From Felis catus (lineage: Eukaryota): 64,000 nucleotides of DNA. Within the stretch, counting starts at the first letter, position 1. Each line of letters starts with the position of its first letter. The notes below the pieces were generated by a model, which saw nothing but the letters and a program-made list of their open reading frames with translations, searched no databases and had not been told where the DNA came from. The stretch is taken from the NCBI RefSeq assembly GCF_018350175.1, contig NC_058368.1:140184001-140248000 (forward strand), in the 5' to 3' direction. Position numbers and translations under genes: made by a program. Positions 50,999 through 64,000 of this stretch are shown piece after piece.

Positions 50999-51471
50999 TA
51001 TATTAGTTTGTAAGAGCTGCTCTAACAAAGTACCACAATCTTAGTGGCTTAAAACAATAGAAATGTATTTTCTCACAGTTATGGAGGCTAAAAATCCTAA
51101 ATCAAGGTGTTGACAGTCCCTCTGAGACTCGGTAGTGTCCTTCCTTGCTTCTGCTAGTTTCTTATGTTTGTTGGTAGTCCTTGGTATTTCTTGGTTTGTA
51201 AATGCATCATGTCAATCTCTACCTTAATCATCACGTGGCTATCTTTGTCTTGTGTGTCTCTCTCCTTTTCTTGTAATGACACTAATCATATGGGGTCAAG
51301 GGCCTACCCTTCTCTAGTATGATGTCACATTAACTCATTACATCTGCAATGACCCTATTTCTAAAGAAGATCATATTTTGAGGTATTAAGGGCCTTCAAC
51401 ATATCCTTTTTTCAATATATCTTTCTTTTTTTTTTTTTTAGAGGGGAGGGGACACAATTCAACCCAAAATA
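50999..51471 (-). mobile_element. MLT1 MaLR solo LTR nested in L1 ORF2
   Basis: taacaaagtaccacaatcttagtggcttaaaacaatagaaatgtattttctcacagtt; gacacaattcaaccca; perfect 5-bp TSD gcaag. Confidence 0.9.
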
Positions 51472-52898
51472 GCAAGATTGCAGGATATAAGATTCATATA
51501 CTAAAATTAATTTTATTTCTATATACTAGCTATGAACAATCTAAAAATGATATTAAGAAAACAATTCTAGTTATATAATTTCACCAAAAAGAATAAAATA
51601 CTTAGGGATGCATTAAAAAGTGTAAAACTTATACTCTAAGAACTAAAAAAAAATGCTGAAAAAAATGAAAGAAGACCTAAACAAATGGAAAGACATCCAA
51701 TGTTCATGGATTGGAAGACACAGTTATTAAGATGGGAATATTCTAAAATTTATTCTACAGATTCAACAACAAAAAAATCCAGCTAACTTCCCTATCGAAA
51801 TTAACATAGCAATTTCTAAACTCTAAAATTCATATGGAATTTCCAAGAACCCAAAATAGCCAAACCATCTCAAAAAAGGACAACAAATTAATTAATAAAC
51901 CATTACTTAAAATCTAGGAGGACTTACAACTCCTAATTTCAAGACTTTCTACAAAGCAGTAGTGATCAAGATATTGTGGTACTGGCACAAGTTTAGGCAT
52001 ATATGTCAGTGAAACAGAGTTCAGAGTCTAAAAACAAACATATATCTATGGCTAAGTGATTGTCAACAAAATGGCCAAGACCATCCGGTGTGGAAAGAAT
52101 GGTCGTTTCAACAGATGGCACTAGGACAACTGGATAGCTGCATGCAGTAGGTTGAAATAGAACTTCTTACCTCTGCTTGCTAATGATTTTCCCCCTGAGT
52201 TTGGTGTTTGAGATCTGAAGGATGCTGTCATCCCGGCTAGTTCATAACCTTCTTTAATGATACCATGTACACCATTAGTGTTGTTGGCCCCACCCTGCCC
52301 CAGCCCTGTCTTGGCTCTTCATTAGCTCTGCAGTCCTTGGGAGCAGAGCTTCTCCCCTTTGAGCCCTTTCTTTCACAGATCAAATGCTAAGAATTTCATA
52401 ATGAAAAGCAAATTAGACCTATGATGACCACCATTGTAAATGTTCTACTGAGAGTCTAGCAGCTTCTTTGGACTCTTGAACCTCATACTTTGTCCCTTTC
52501 CTAAGAAGGAATGAACTCTTAGGTACTCATCTTGATTTCCTGTAAACTCACACTTCGAGCATAGGAAAGCAACCTCTGCAAATACAAAGAAAAATTCCAG
52601 AGCCCTTGGATTAGTAAAGTAGGACAGACACTTATGGAGGAAAGTGTCCCAACTGGCACGTCCCTCCTATAGTCTTCACAGTCATTCGGTGTGCCATAAA
52701 TACTTGTACCTTACTATCTTTTGAGAACTGGGAATACGTGTTCACCCGTAGTTACCTTTTCTCAGCAGACAAAGATGGAGATTGTGAACACCTTGACTCA
52801 TTTGTCAAGTCAAAGTAAAAAAATCCAACCACTTCCTTTCTTCATGCCCTCAAGGTGCTCAAGTCACATGAGAACAACTATTGTTTTAAGGTGCCATT

Positions 52899-53133
52899 AC
52901 AAAAATTTTTTTTCTAATGTTTATTTATTTTTGAGACATAGAGAGACAGAGCACGAGCAGGGGAGGCTCCTGAGGGAGAGGAGACAGAGATAGAGGGAGA
53001 CACAGAACCCGAAGCAGGCTTCAGGCTCTGAGCTGTCAGCATAGAGCCGATGTGGGGCTCGAACTTGTCAACTGCGAGATCATGACCTGTGCCAAAGTTG
53101 AATGCTCAACTGACTGAGCCACTCAGGAGCCCC
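52899..53133 (-). mobile_element. CanSINE (SINEC_Fc-type)
   Basis: TSD aaggtgccatt (52888-52898 / 53134-53144). Confidence 0.95.
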
Positions 53134-53567
53134 AAGGTGCCATTTTTAAAAATAATCTTAAGAATTATTTTATTGCCTTCTTTGATACTTTTCAGGAATT
53201 CGTGAATAGAGAGAATCACCCTGTTCCTTTTTCACGTAGCCTCAAGATCACTTTCTATGCAGCAGTCATGTATTCCAGGGACTGCTGTTCATGTGAAGAA
53301 GAAATTATAATCTGCACAGGAGAATAAGAACTATATGGTAGAAAACAATTGCCAAAAGAAAAGCCAGCCAGATTTGAATGATGTGGCATGTTGAGTTTGA
53401 AAGTCACCTCCATTTTATGTGCCCCCTGTTTGAGTTCTGCCACGTGAAGAGTTGCACAGAATAAATCACATGACTCAGCCAGTTTTGTTTTGTTTTTTCA
53501 ATACCAAGGCTTTGTAAACTTGACACTAAATTCCACATGATACTTTCATTTTAAGAATGTGATGGAA

Positions 53568-53780
53568 GGGGCAACTGGGTGGCTCAGTGTGTTAAGTGTC
53601 CAATATCAGCTCAGGTCATGATCTCACAGTTTGTGAGTTCGAGCCCCACGTAGGGCTGTCTGCTGTCAGCATGGAGCCTTCTTGGGATCCTCTGTCTTTC
53701 CCTCCCCCCACCTCTGTCCCTCCCCTGCTCACACTCTCTGTCTCTCTCAAAATTAATAAACTTTAAAAAAGTGATAGAAA
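53568..53780 (+). mobile_element. CanSINE
   Basis: ggggcaactgggtggctcag head; flanks aatgtgatggaa/aatgggatggaa. Confidence 0.93.
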
Positions 53781-53921
53781 AAAATGGGATGGAAATGAGT
53801 TAGGGTTTTGGTACTCTACATGTCTTTTTTTTTTTTTTTTTTGTCCTTTCCTGGGACATGCTGTGGAATGCAAGTCATGACTTTACTAGTGAGAAGTTAT
53901 ACATATTTATAAATAATTTTT

Positions 53922-54139
53922 TTAATTTTTTAAAAATATTTTTATTTATTTTTGAGACAGAGAGAGACAGAGCATGAGCAGGGGAGGGGCAGAGAGAGGG
54001 GGACACACAGAATCTGAAGCGGGCCCCAGGCTCCGAGCTGTTAGCACAGAGCCCAACACGGGGCTCGAACGCACAGAGTGTGAGATCATGACCTGAGCTG
54101 AAGTCAGATGCTGAACAGACTGAACCACCCAGGCGCCCC
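53922..54139 (-). mobile_element. CanSINE (SINEC_Fc-type)
   Basis: TSD tataaataattttt (53908-53921 / 54140-54153). Confidence 0.95.
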
Positions 54140-54153
54140 TATAAATAATTTTT

Positions 54154-54705
54154 AAAGTAGTTTATGATTTGCAAGAAGTTGCAAAAATAGTACAAAGAGT
54201 TTCTGTTTACCCTTCATCCAGCTACCCTCACAGACATCATACAAAACCTTAGTATCTTGTCAAAACAGGAAATGGGTATTGCTATGGTAATGTACTCAGA
54301 TACAGACCTTCTTTAGGCTTTTACCAGGTTTCTGTTTTTACATCTGTTCTCTACATTGTGTTTGTGGGGGGGTATAGTTCTAAGAAATTTTGTCGCATGT
54401 ATAGATTTCTATAACCTCAGCACACAGTAAGGTCCAGAACTGTTCTTTCACCACAACCAAACTACCTCGTGCTACCCCTTTATAGTCAGTCCTACCATCT
54501 CCCCAACCCAACTCCTGGCAACCGCTCATCTGTTCTGCACGTCTATCATCTTGTCATTTTGAGAATGTGATAGAAATGGAACCACACAGCATGTAACCTT
54601 TTGAGATTCCCCTTTTTCTTTCTGCTTTTGTGTAATGCCCTTGACATCTCTCAGTGGTTATGTGTATCAAACATTTGTGCCTCTTTATTGCTGAGTAGTA
54701 TGAGT
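54154..54705 (-). mobile_element. Old L1 (L1MB/L1MC-like) 3' UTR
   Basis: gaagttgcaaaaatagtacaaagag; cctggcaaccgctcatctgttct; ttgtcattttgagaatgt..aaatggaa; tttattgctgagtagta. Confidence 0.8.
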
Positions 54706-56269
54706 AATATCTGTTGACCTGGGTGAAGGCAGGGGGGTTGTGGGTCTTTTGTTAGATTAAAACCAAAGTCAAAGAGACCAAGTCAGTAGCTGAGTGGATT
54801 CAGGAACTGGGAGCCAAGGCAGGGAGGCTTAGGTCAGGCAAGAGGCAGCAGCACAGACTGGGGCAGAAAGCAGGGATGGAATGAAGATCCAGAGTGAGAG
54901 GAGTGAGGCCCTGTTGCCAAGCCATGACCAGGAAAGTGATACCTACAGCAGAGATGTGCCAAGAATTCAATCACAGGCTAGAATCAGGGGTGACCAGAAA
55001 GAAAGATTAGTTGGGGGCAGGGTGGGTATGGGTAATAAACACCCACTGTTTCCTCCACCTGTCCTTGGCTAACCCCATGCCTCATGGCCGCTATTCCCCC
55101 AAGTCTCCTGATTTCGTTTCTGCCCTGTGGTATCTTGTGTTGATATCATACCCAGAATAGTAATGAAGATAAGGGGTAGGGTGCAAATACCCGCATGGGT
55201 CAGAGTTTTAGGCATTTTTTCAAAATAAAGGGAATTCTAATCAGTTGACCTAGCACATAGTAACAGCAGAATTCCACATCCCTGCAGTATGAAATCTGAG
55301 GTGATTTGGCTTAAATTCAAAACCTTTTAAAGGCAGAGAAGGGGAAAGAAGTAGAAACTGGGCTTCTTAATTCCAAGTTTATAATTAGAATCCACAAACT
55401 CCTATTTGAGCCATTAAATGTCTTTCCTTAGTCCAGATCTGATTGTAAACTAATAAGAGAAATGGGACCTGGCAACAAATGAAAATAAAAGGCATCTTTG
55501 TAGAAATCATTATTTGATATTATGGTAAATAAATCCTGCAAATATCTGTGAGCTTGGGTCAGACCAATTGACAGCTGTTATTATTAGATGCTGCCTTAGA
55601 AAATGTTTCATTAAGTTATTTTCCCCCTCACTTTCAATTTGGGAATGTGGCAGTATATGTGCTCCCATGTATGTTCCTTGTACAGAATGATAGAAATGAT
55701 TTGGATTACATTGGTGAACCACAGAGCACTTGTTTTAGGCATCCACAAACCTTGTTCTCTTCAACATTACAGGCTCGAGCCTTCTACAATGGGAGCTCTT
55801 TTCCCACTTAAATAGAATCCAGTGTTCAAGATCAAGTTTGCCAGTATAAAGGGTTCTTCTCCTAAGAGAGGATGATCGGGCATGGGGTTCCATGACACGG
55901 AAGGTCTCCTCTCTACTTGATATCCATGATGCAGAATTAGTACATTGAAAGGAAGTCAAGCCATGTCAATTTTATTTGAAGGAGTTATGCATCATGGCTG
56001 TGCCCCATGCTTAGCCAGCCTCTACATAATTATGTAGTGACCCTCTTTTGTAAGGCTTAAGACATTTTCACATTTGATCCTGCTACAAGAAGGAAGACAG
56101 ACTGGGCTGATAATAAACCATGGTAATAATTGACCTGATAGGTGCCTACTATTAATATATGAACCTATACCTTCAAATACTGACAAATTTACTTTATTGA
56201 ATTCTATTCCTGGTTCTGTTGCCAAACTGACCCTAGGACCATAGAAAGTTTTGGCCATAAGTTTTCATT

Positions 56270-56392
56270 CGTGATAACCCTATGAGGAGCCTACTGTCAT
56301 TATCCCTATATTACAAACAATGAAACCGATGCCGAGAGAGGTTAGTTTGTTCAAGGTCACATAGCTAGTAAGTGTCAGAGTCTGGATATAAC
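56270..56392 (-). mobile_element. MIR
   Basis: aaccctatgagg...tatccctatattacaaacaatgaaaccga...caaggtcacatagctagtaagtgtcagag. Confidence 0.8.
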
Positions 56393-59015
56393 ACACACAG
56401 TCCTTCCTGCTCCATTGAGTGGCTGGTGGTAAAGAATCTTCAGACACAAAAATTGGAGTCAGAATCTTTATCAATTGAGTTATTCTTAGCCTTTAAAAAA
56501 AAACCCCAATCTGGAGGATGGACTTCATGCCACTTTTTGGCCCTAAAACGATACAGGAAAGATAGGAGCTTTGTGTGAGACAAAGAAATCTGCTTCTACT
56601 TTTGACACAGAATTCATGGGATCCACATTCATGGTATCCAGACCATGATCTGTGTATGTCTGTTATCTAGTCTTTAATTGCTTTCTCCTTGCAGTGAAAG
56701 GCAATCGTTTGCAAGTCCTGGTTAGGACATTAGTGGTGAAGTCTCCTAAGTTTCCTGAATTAATACATGTATCCAAACACTCCTGGCCCTCTTGACCCTG
56801 TACATAAACCATGGAATACTGCACTAAAATCTATGGGTCCAGAGTCACCCACACCCAGTCCTGACCATCTTTGCTGGAGGGTTCCTGCCAGTGCAATCAT
56901 TGCTGCTGCCCCACCCCTGATCTCCAAGACTCTGTATCCTGTAGCCCTACCTGATGCTCTCTGCTTTAGCTGACTCGCCCCTTTGCCTGCCAAGCTGCTG
57001 GATCCCTCCTGCCCACCAGAACTACTCACCCTGCATCTCATCCGCACCTTGGATCCAGCTCAGACAATAATAGGTAAAATGGTTTTACCACCTATCATCA
57101 CATTCGCCAAACACAAAAGCAGGCAAGTGAAAAAGCAGAAAGTGTGAGATGATTCTATAAAACTTTAGAAATGTTCATGTGTGACAGTAATTAAGTGAAA
57201 AAGTATTTACTAAAATTCCTAATCTCTTTTTGGAGATGGTATCATAAAGGGTAATGGCACTCTCTGACCAAATGCCATAACACCTCGGGGCCCTGTCAGC
57301 AGATCTCCCTAGGAGGCAGTCAGCTCTCTGTACCACTGCTCTGTGCCCCTGCTTTTGCTTTCTCGGTGCCTGAGGTGAGTGTATCTTCCCTTCCTTGGCA
57401 GCCCTCACCTTTCTCTCCTGAATTACATTCTAGTAAGTGTGCATTGTAAAATGCAGAGATCAAAGGGTCTCACTGGTTTCCCCATAAAATACAAAACAAT
57501 TTCCCTTTTGTGAAAATATGCAGGCTCTGGAGGTTAGTAGTTCTGAAATGATGTTCCAGGGGTGCTGCAGTGATGAATTTAACCCTGAGGAGAAAACTGC
57601 CCCCCCTCCCCGTTCTTTTGTTGCTAAGAATGCCCTATAGACACCATTGCTTAATGGATTCTTCCTGTTTAACATTCAGCTTAAGGAATTCATTTGGTGC
57701 TAATGTAGCTGTGGCAATTACTCTAGCAAGCATCCCTATTTTTTCGCGATTAACTATTTCACTATTTAAAGTATTGCCGACTTCTCTGGGTTTCCCATGT
57801 CAGGCATTTCTACTGACTGGACATGAAAAAAACAAAACAAATAAAAGCATAAAATATATTTCATTGGACAGAGTAGTTGAAGAATAAACAACTGTCCCAT
57901 CAAATTTTGAATGCTTGGGGGAGAATTTTGAATGTATGTTAAAAATGCATTAATCCAGGAATACTGGGTGGTCAATAGTTGGTGACATTCAGTTAGTGAT
58001 TCCATTGAAAAGCACTCTGATCCCCAGAATTACTGTGAAAACGTTGTGGCTATCACTCTGATGTACCAGTGTGACAAGATTGGTTCAGATCTCCGTGACT
58101 CATGCACTGTACTTAGCATCTAAACATGACGTGATATTCCAAGAAAGCTTCCTAGTTGTGGCTGAAAAGTGTGGCAGTATGGTGGAAAACTAGGAATTAG
58201 AGGTGTTACAAAGACTAACGTAGGTGTAGTTGATCTCAAGCTTCTCTGTTAAGATGATTTTGTTCCTAAAGCTGAGAGAAGAACTGAATCAAAGAAGATA
58301 GAACAAAACTGATGGAGACCCTCAGTCACACCAGGGGAATCCATCCCCTGCATCACACCATTGCCTGGTTAGCAGAGATTTGGGTAAATCTCTGTCGACT
58401 GAAAGTTGGCAATGGTAATGTTCTTAACTGGTTCCTTTACGTGAAACCCATGGGCAAAGCTACCAGACACTCTGATACTGCTTGGAAACCACTCTTAGCA
58501 ACAAGAGCACATGGCATTTGAGGGGCTTGAGAAAGATGACACTAGGTGAACCCACCTGCGAGGTAGCGAGACAATTTGGCTGGCTACAAAACCCATGCTG
58601 GTGGCATAGTAGTGGAGAAATGTGGTGGTTGGTAGGAAGAAGTCATCTCCCGAAAGAAAATCAGGTTTGTTCTAAGGACTGGGTGGCAACTGTCGGAAAT
58701 CAACTGCACAAGAAGGATGCTCGTCACCAAAAGTGTTGATGTGACGATCAGTCATCATCTCTACCCCGTCTTCTGAAATCCACCTGCCTCTGGCCTTTAT
58801 GCTAGGGACGGGAGGTAATAATGAAAGAGCAAGATCATCTCATAATGCCCTGTTCCATCAGGCCTGCCATTGGTGCCTCTGATGGAACAAGAAAGAGGAG
58901 AAAGAGGAAAGAGAGAAGAGAGAAGAGAGAGACAGAGATCCTGAATCTTCTGTTTGGCCTACCGCCCCCCTCCCCCATACCCTGACAGGGCCCCAAATAC
59001 AGAGGATGCTAGAGA

Positions 59016-59184
59016 GCAGGGATCAGCAAACGTTTTCTACAAAGGGTCAGATAGCAAATACTTTCGGCTTCTTGGGCCACCTGTGATCTCTGGCACATTG
59101 TTGTTATAACCCTTTTAAAATGGAAAAAAAACATCCTTAGCCCACCCTTCTTAGCGGCACAAAAACATAATTTGTTGATCCCTT
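59016..59184. mobile_element. MER58-like hAT-Charlie element
   Basis: cagggatcagcaaacgttttctacaaagggtcagatagcaaatactttcggctt; inverted end tttgttgatccct. Confidence 0.8.
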
Positions 59185-59789
59185 CTACAGACCTGTACAC
59201 ATCTTGTTACTAGATGAGAGTGTCTTCAAATGTGGATGTGGTCTCCTAGCCTGATGAGCCGGGCTCCCCTTTGTTCGGCATGACACCAAGGCTAGAGGCA
59301 GGCTAGAGGTGTCTGTTCCATTCCTTCCTGGTCAGCACACAAGCTGAGCCCGGTGATTACTGTTGCTGTGAGCATGAAAGTCTTTGTCTCTTACCTGGAG
59401 CTTTTTGTCCTTTACCTGCATCCATGAAACTGGTAGGCTAGCTTACCAGCTTTCAAGCAAGGTGAAGTCTCTCAGTTGCTGAGAGAAGCTAGAGGCAGAG
59501 CAAGAGGAAGGGAAGGGGGTGTTGGGGCAGGAGATGATACGGAAGAATACTGTACATGGAACAGAGATGATCCAGTGAGAAATCGTTTTCCACCTGGACT
59601 ACACTGGCCTCATTTTTAAGTGTCCAAAGTTTCCATTTTGTGCTTCACAGAATCAGAGGTCTCCTTCCTTGGTGGGTGAAAGAGGGGGGAGTCTCTGGCT
59701 CCCTCTAGAGGTGAGAGTTTGCTAACAACGGTAGGGTGTCTAAAATGCTAATCTCTAGCACTCTTCGTTATAAAACAAAAGGAAATCTT

Positions 59790-60008
59790 GGGGCGCCTGG
59801 GTGGCTTGGTCTGTTAAGTATCCAACTTCAGCTCAGGTCATGATCTAGCAGTCTGTGAGTTTGAGCCCTGCATTGGGCTCTGTGCTGACAGCTCAGAGCC
59901 TGGAGCCTGCTTCCTATTCTGTCTCCCTCTCTCTCTGCCCTTCCCCGCTTCATGTCTCTGTCCCTCTCTCACTTTCTCTCAAAAGTAAAAATAAACATTA
60001 AAAAAAAA
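59790..60008 (+). mobile_element. CanSINE (SINEC_Fc-type)
   Basis: Perfect TSD ataaaacaaaaggaaatct (59770-59788 / 60009-60027). Confidence 0.96.
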
Positions 60009-60116
60009 ATAAAACAAAAGGAAATCTGACCACGACTAGATTTTACATATATGTTCTAGAGATTGGGTATAATTCAATTAAAAAGAGCATTTATCCTTTA
60101 AAGTAGGAGGATGGCG

Positions 60117-60220
60117 TATACACACACACACACACACGCACACGCACACATATATATATATTTGTATATGTGTATATATATATGTGTGTATATGTGTTTA
60201 GAGGCACGTGTATATATGTA
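60117..60220. repeat. Compound (CA)(TA)(TG) microsatellite
   Basis: Visible directly. Confidence 0.9.
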
Positions 60221-60357
60221 TCTCTTTTAGTTATGCATGTTTAGACATTAATGACAGTTATAATTGTTGAACTGTAGAGAGGAAATTGTATTTAACACCA
60301 AAGGCTTAAATAGTGCTAAAATTTTGCCCACATTCTTAGGCAGCTTTGTGTGCAAAG

Positions 60358-60400
60358 CTAATTCTGAGTGTGGTGAACACTAATTCTGAGTGTGGTGAAC
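60358..60400. repeat. Perfect tandem duplication, 22-bp period
   Basis: ctaattctgagtgtggtgaac-a-ctaattctgagtgtggtgaac. Confidence 0.95.
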
Positions 60401-61694
60401 TTTACAAGAATTATCTGTAATTGATTTTTAGATTGCTAAACAATTAAGACAAGAGATCTAGAAACCTACACAAAATTATTTCCAAAAGCTGAACTTGGAA
60501 GCTTTGAAATGAAAACTCACCATACAACCTGGGTGTTTCTTGAATCAGATTCTCTTTGGGAAAGTCAGTGTGTGGGACATTGAGAGAGAGACAGGGTTGG
60601 AATCAGTAAGTAATAAAGGCAATAGTGAAAAGAAAGCCTGTGAGATTTGTCGGACAGCATCCCTGCTCCTCTGTCAGCCTGTCTCCACTGGGGTGGGGCA
60701 GGTCTCCAGTGAGTGCAGGAAGGCATTGTCCTAAGGTGTGGATGAGAACAGGAGCATAGCACAATCTGATCCCTGAACACTGCACTGTTCGGCTTATCTG
60801 CCAACACAGCTGTGAGGCCCCAGCATGGCCCCAACAAGCAGTTTGTTATCTGCAACAATGCTGTGTGCGCGGTGCTCCCCCCTCCTCCTCACAGTGAGTC
60901 CAAGTTTAACACGCTTAGGCAAATTTGTGCTGTGAGATTTAAGTGATCACAGATATACTGTGTTGTGGAGCCTCAAGATGGGAAAAGTGGAAAGGCCTGA
61001 GAATCTCAGTTTAGCTGAGGGCAGGTGTATAGAGAGAAACTTGGTAGCAAATCTGTTACCTAGTTTCCCAAGGAGAGCGGTGGTTCTGTCTCATCCTGCT
61101 GCTGAGGTTTATGAATCAGCCACATTGTGGTTGGCATGCTCCGGAGCACATGGAATTTATGTCCCGGAGTTCTTCCCTCCAGGAGCTAATTAATATACTT
61201 CTGCTGGGGAGAGAGTGCTTGCTCTGTGTTCCTTCTCCTTGGAGTCATGGCCAGAACTCCCATGGTAAATCCAAACCACGCACAACCACCACCACCCATA
61301 AAACACCCTCTGCTTCGATCCTGCTTGACATGTACTTCGTTCCTCTCTCCCTTCTACTTCAAAAATTTCCTCGCTAAAACAAAATAAAACCCCCAAAATC
61401 TCTTCTTGAGTTACCTGGAAAAAAGACTTGACAGGAGCCGGAGGGAGAATTTCCTAGCCTGATTTCTGGTCCTCTCAGTCGCCGTTTAGTTTATGGTAGG
61501 AAGTAAGCGGGGGAGGGGAGTTTCCCTTAATGAGTTTGCTTATTATGTTCTTCTTTTGAATGATTTGCAGTAAGAAAAGAAATATTAACAAATTAAATCA
61601 TTTTGATCTTCCTTAAAACTAAAAGTGAGAAACTGTTTGGGGATCCCAGTGAAGCAATGTGTTTAGAAGGGTCGTAGGGACTATGCTATTCCAG

Positions 61695-62185
61695 GTATGT
61701 GTTATTGTGTAACAAACTACCAAAAACGTAATGGCTTTTGAACAATATCCATTTTATTAGATATGACATTTTTAATTATATTTTATTTATGGGTTAGGAA
61801 TTTGGATAGAGGTTGGCTGGGTGATCCTCTGTTCTTCTCACTGCCATCAGGGGTCACTCAGTGGTGTTTATCTGGCAGATGGACTGTTCTGGAGGGTCCA
61901 AGATGGCCGGCCCTTTGTCAGGGATCAGCTGGGACTGTAGAGGCTGGTGCCGGCATGGTGTTCTCAGGGGAGCCAGAATTCTTGGATGGTAGCTCAGGGA
62001 TCCTGTCCTAAGTGAGCAAGGTAGGAGCTACATGGCCTTTTATGACCCAGGCTTGGAAATGAAATAGCATCACTTCTGTCATATTCTGTTGGTCAAGTAG
62101 TGGCCCAGAATCAAGGAAAGTCAACATAGACTTCAGCTTCTTGTGGGAAGAGTGCTGAGGAATTTGAAGCCACATTGCATAATCA
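61695..62185 (-). mobile_element. Old MLT1 (H/J-like) MaLR LTR
   Basis: gtgtaacaaactaccaaaaacgtaatggctt; ggttaggaatttggatag; gcatcacttctgtcatattctgttggtcaa. Confidence 0.75.
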
Positions 62186-64000
62186 TCTTACATGCATGAA
62201 GAGACATCCCTTTTGTTACATGTTAGAATTTCATTTTATGAGCCACGGTTTAGTGCATTAATTTTCCTATTAGCCTTTTTTCAGAGTGCAAGATTTCCAA
62301 AACATTGTTCTGACCATTTTGAGTTTTATACTAGTGACACTTGGTTTTTTAGGATTTTAAATTCTAATTTTTTTTTAAAAAAATGAGGATTGGCCAACTT
62401 TTTATTTCACTAAGGAAGTCCATTTAAAAATAATAATTGCAACAAAACACACCACTTTTGATGCAGTCATTTCACAAAAGACACATTTCCATTAAAATAA
62501 TAGGAAAGACATGTCCTTAGAATAAAAGATCTTTAAGCCAAATAAATTAATCTTTACAAAATGGCATATATTATTTTTCTTGGGTTTTTTTGTTTGTTTG
62601 TTTTTGCATTTCACTATTGGCTGGTAGAAACTTTTTTTTGAAGTCTGTTCTGTAGATGTGTGTATTTGGGTATCATTCTTCTAGACAAAAGGTCTCAAGT
62701 AGGCTATTTATCAAAGTTACTCGGGACACTCAAGATCTTGTGGTCAGGACTTCAGATTTATATTAGTTCCTCAATTGCATAGCTGTATGTGAGTGGTACA
62801 AGGGTTTGGGTTAAATCACCTATGTTAAATTCAAATTACGTTAGCTAGGTTTTCCTGATTGTTTGAAATGTGCCTAGAACAATGTGGTGTGATGGAGTTT
62901 CAGAGTAAGATGTACACAATATAGTGCCTACCGGGGGTCAAATTACAACTAAGTTGTAAAGATAAGACCGATGCACATGAAATACTGACAAAGAATACAA
63001 ATCAGAATGTGGGTGAGAACATATAGAAGTTCCTCATGAAAACTAGAGTAGTCTGGGGTGTGCTCCCAAAAATTGTGGAGGTGAAATTCAAGGTACACGG
63101 TTTGGGTGAAAGGCAAGAGAAAGATGTTTCTGGTAAGGTTAACTGGATAAAGGTTCACAGAAAAGAATGACTATAATGTGTTTAAGGCACATTGAAGGAT
63201 TTAGGGATGGGTTGATTTTTAGCATAGCTGGTCTTAGGTTCTAGACCACAAAACAAAATGGATTCAACTTTCTTTTTTGTTTTGTTTTTGAGCTATAATA
63301 TAATAATTGATTAAAGTTTCTATTTTTTTGTTACTCTCAAAGCGGTCCCATCTTTTCCTTCCTAATCCAAGCAGATGGCTACCTGCTCATGCTAGACACA
63401 AATCATTTATAATCATACTAAGAATAATGAGCCGCTAAATAACAGCTTCAGTACTGTGGGTCATTACCTGCATATTTGGGTGACCTTCCCTGAAATACCT
63501 AAGTGTCCTTCTGATAGTTTGGGATTGGGAGCCCTTGCATGATGTTTCATCACTAATGACAAAATAAATCTCAAGTGTCAAGAAGGGCTGCCCTGAATTC
63601 ACCTCGGCTTCGCCAGCAGTAATGGATTAGGACCAATATCCTTTAGTGCAAGGCCGATCCTGATATTTATTCACTCAGTGCTCTGGGCTGACGGCTTAGG
63701 TAGCTGCCTATTTGGGGAAACAAAAGGTCATGTTGGAGCATCAGAAATGGATTATGGAATTCTCTCTTTAGACATTTCCTGGAATCGATTACGACCTAGT
63801 CTGGTTTTCATTATGATACCTCACACCTAAAGTTAAAAAAACAAAAAACCCCAGCAGCAAAAAGAAACTTCCGCATAATTTTCTGAAAGGGGTCATGGAG
63901 GACTTGTGTAATCATTTTGTAGTCAGTATTGATCAAGCACGGTGTGATCTTTGAGTCTATTTTCAGACCTGTTTTCCTACCACACAGTCACATCCCCAGT

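Larger units (their letters stand above)
49311..52170 (+). mobile_element. Mosaic of old L1M ORF1/ORF2 fragments (mostly +, with a - piece at about 50280-50700)
   Basis: ORF 49511-49708 begins like the ORF2 endonuclease (TLNIYELNSLIKRQR); RT motif ctatttgcagatgat (LFADD) at about 50913; aaatggaaagacatccaatgttcatggattggaaga. Confidence 0.78.

Noticed and set aside
57560..58010. Repeat-poor block with 105-aa and 79-aa ORFs as a possible exon or pseudogene
   Set aside because: No recognisable protein similarity or clear splice sites; conservation cannot be judged from this sequence alone.
7715..60008. tRNA-like A/B box sequences and dispersed ~200-bp repeats as tRNA genes or a CRISPR-like array
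   Set aside because: All are tRNA-derived CanSINE heads with tails and TSDs; no cloverleaf, regular spacers or associated genes.
60650..60662. cggacagcatcc, resembling an RE1/NRSE right half-site
   Set aside because: No left half (TTCAGCACC) at the right spacing.
29285..64000. Next SV2C exon (expected to start about GSIVYLGMMVGAFFWGG)
   Set aside because: Not found in the ORF track or by eye; presumably lies beyond the window. A tblastn search would confirm.

Overview
Mammalian genomic DNA from a carnivore, most likely a felid, judging by the SINEC_Fc-type CanSINEs and carnivore L1 3' ends. The window appears to lie entirely within the SV2C gene (synaptic vesicle glycoprotein 2C, + strand). 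The only host exon I can identify is the first coding exon, 28606-29284: 99 nt of 5' UTR, ATG at 28705, 580 coding nt and a phase-1 GT donor. The rest looks intronic and is rich in transposable elements: 18 CanSINEs, young and old L1s, L2, MIR, MLT1/LTR33/LTR16 solo LTRs, hAT/Tigger DNA transposons and microsatellites. Almost all other ORFs in the track are repeat-derived or chance. I found no clearly new biological system. The best testable leads are: (i) exon 2 is flanked by oppositely oriented SINEs, a layout favouring an AUG-containing circRNA that would encode a 196-aa truncated SV2C; (ii) an 8-codon uORF lies in the same exon; (iii) a target site occurs three times around a SINE and an L1 with a probable 3' transduction; (iv) close inverted SINE pairs and several TE nests have readable TSDs. 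Repeat family names and human protein comparisons are from memory, not database searches, and boundaries without a stated TSD are approximate.
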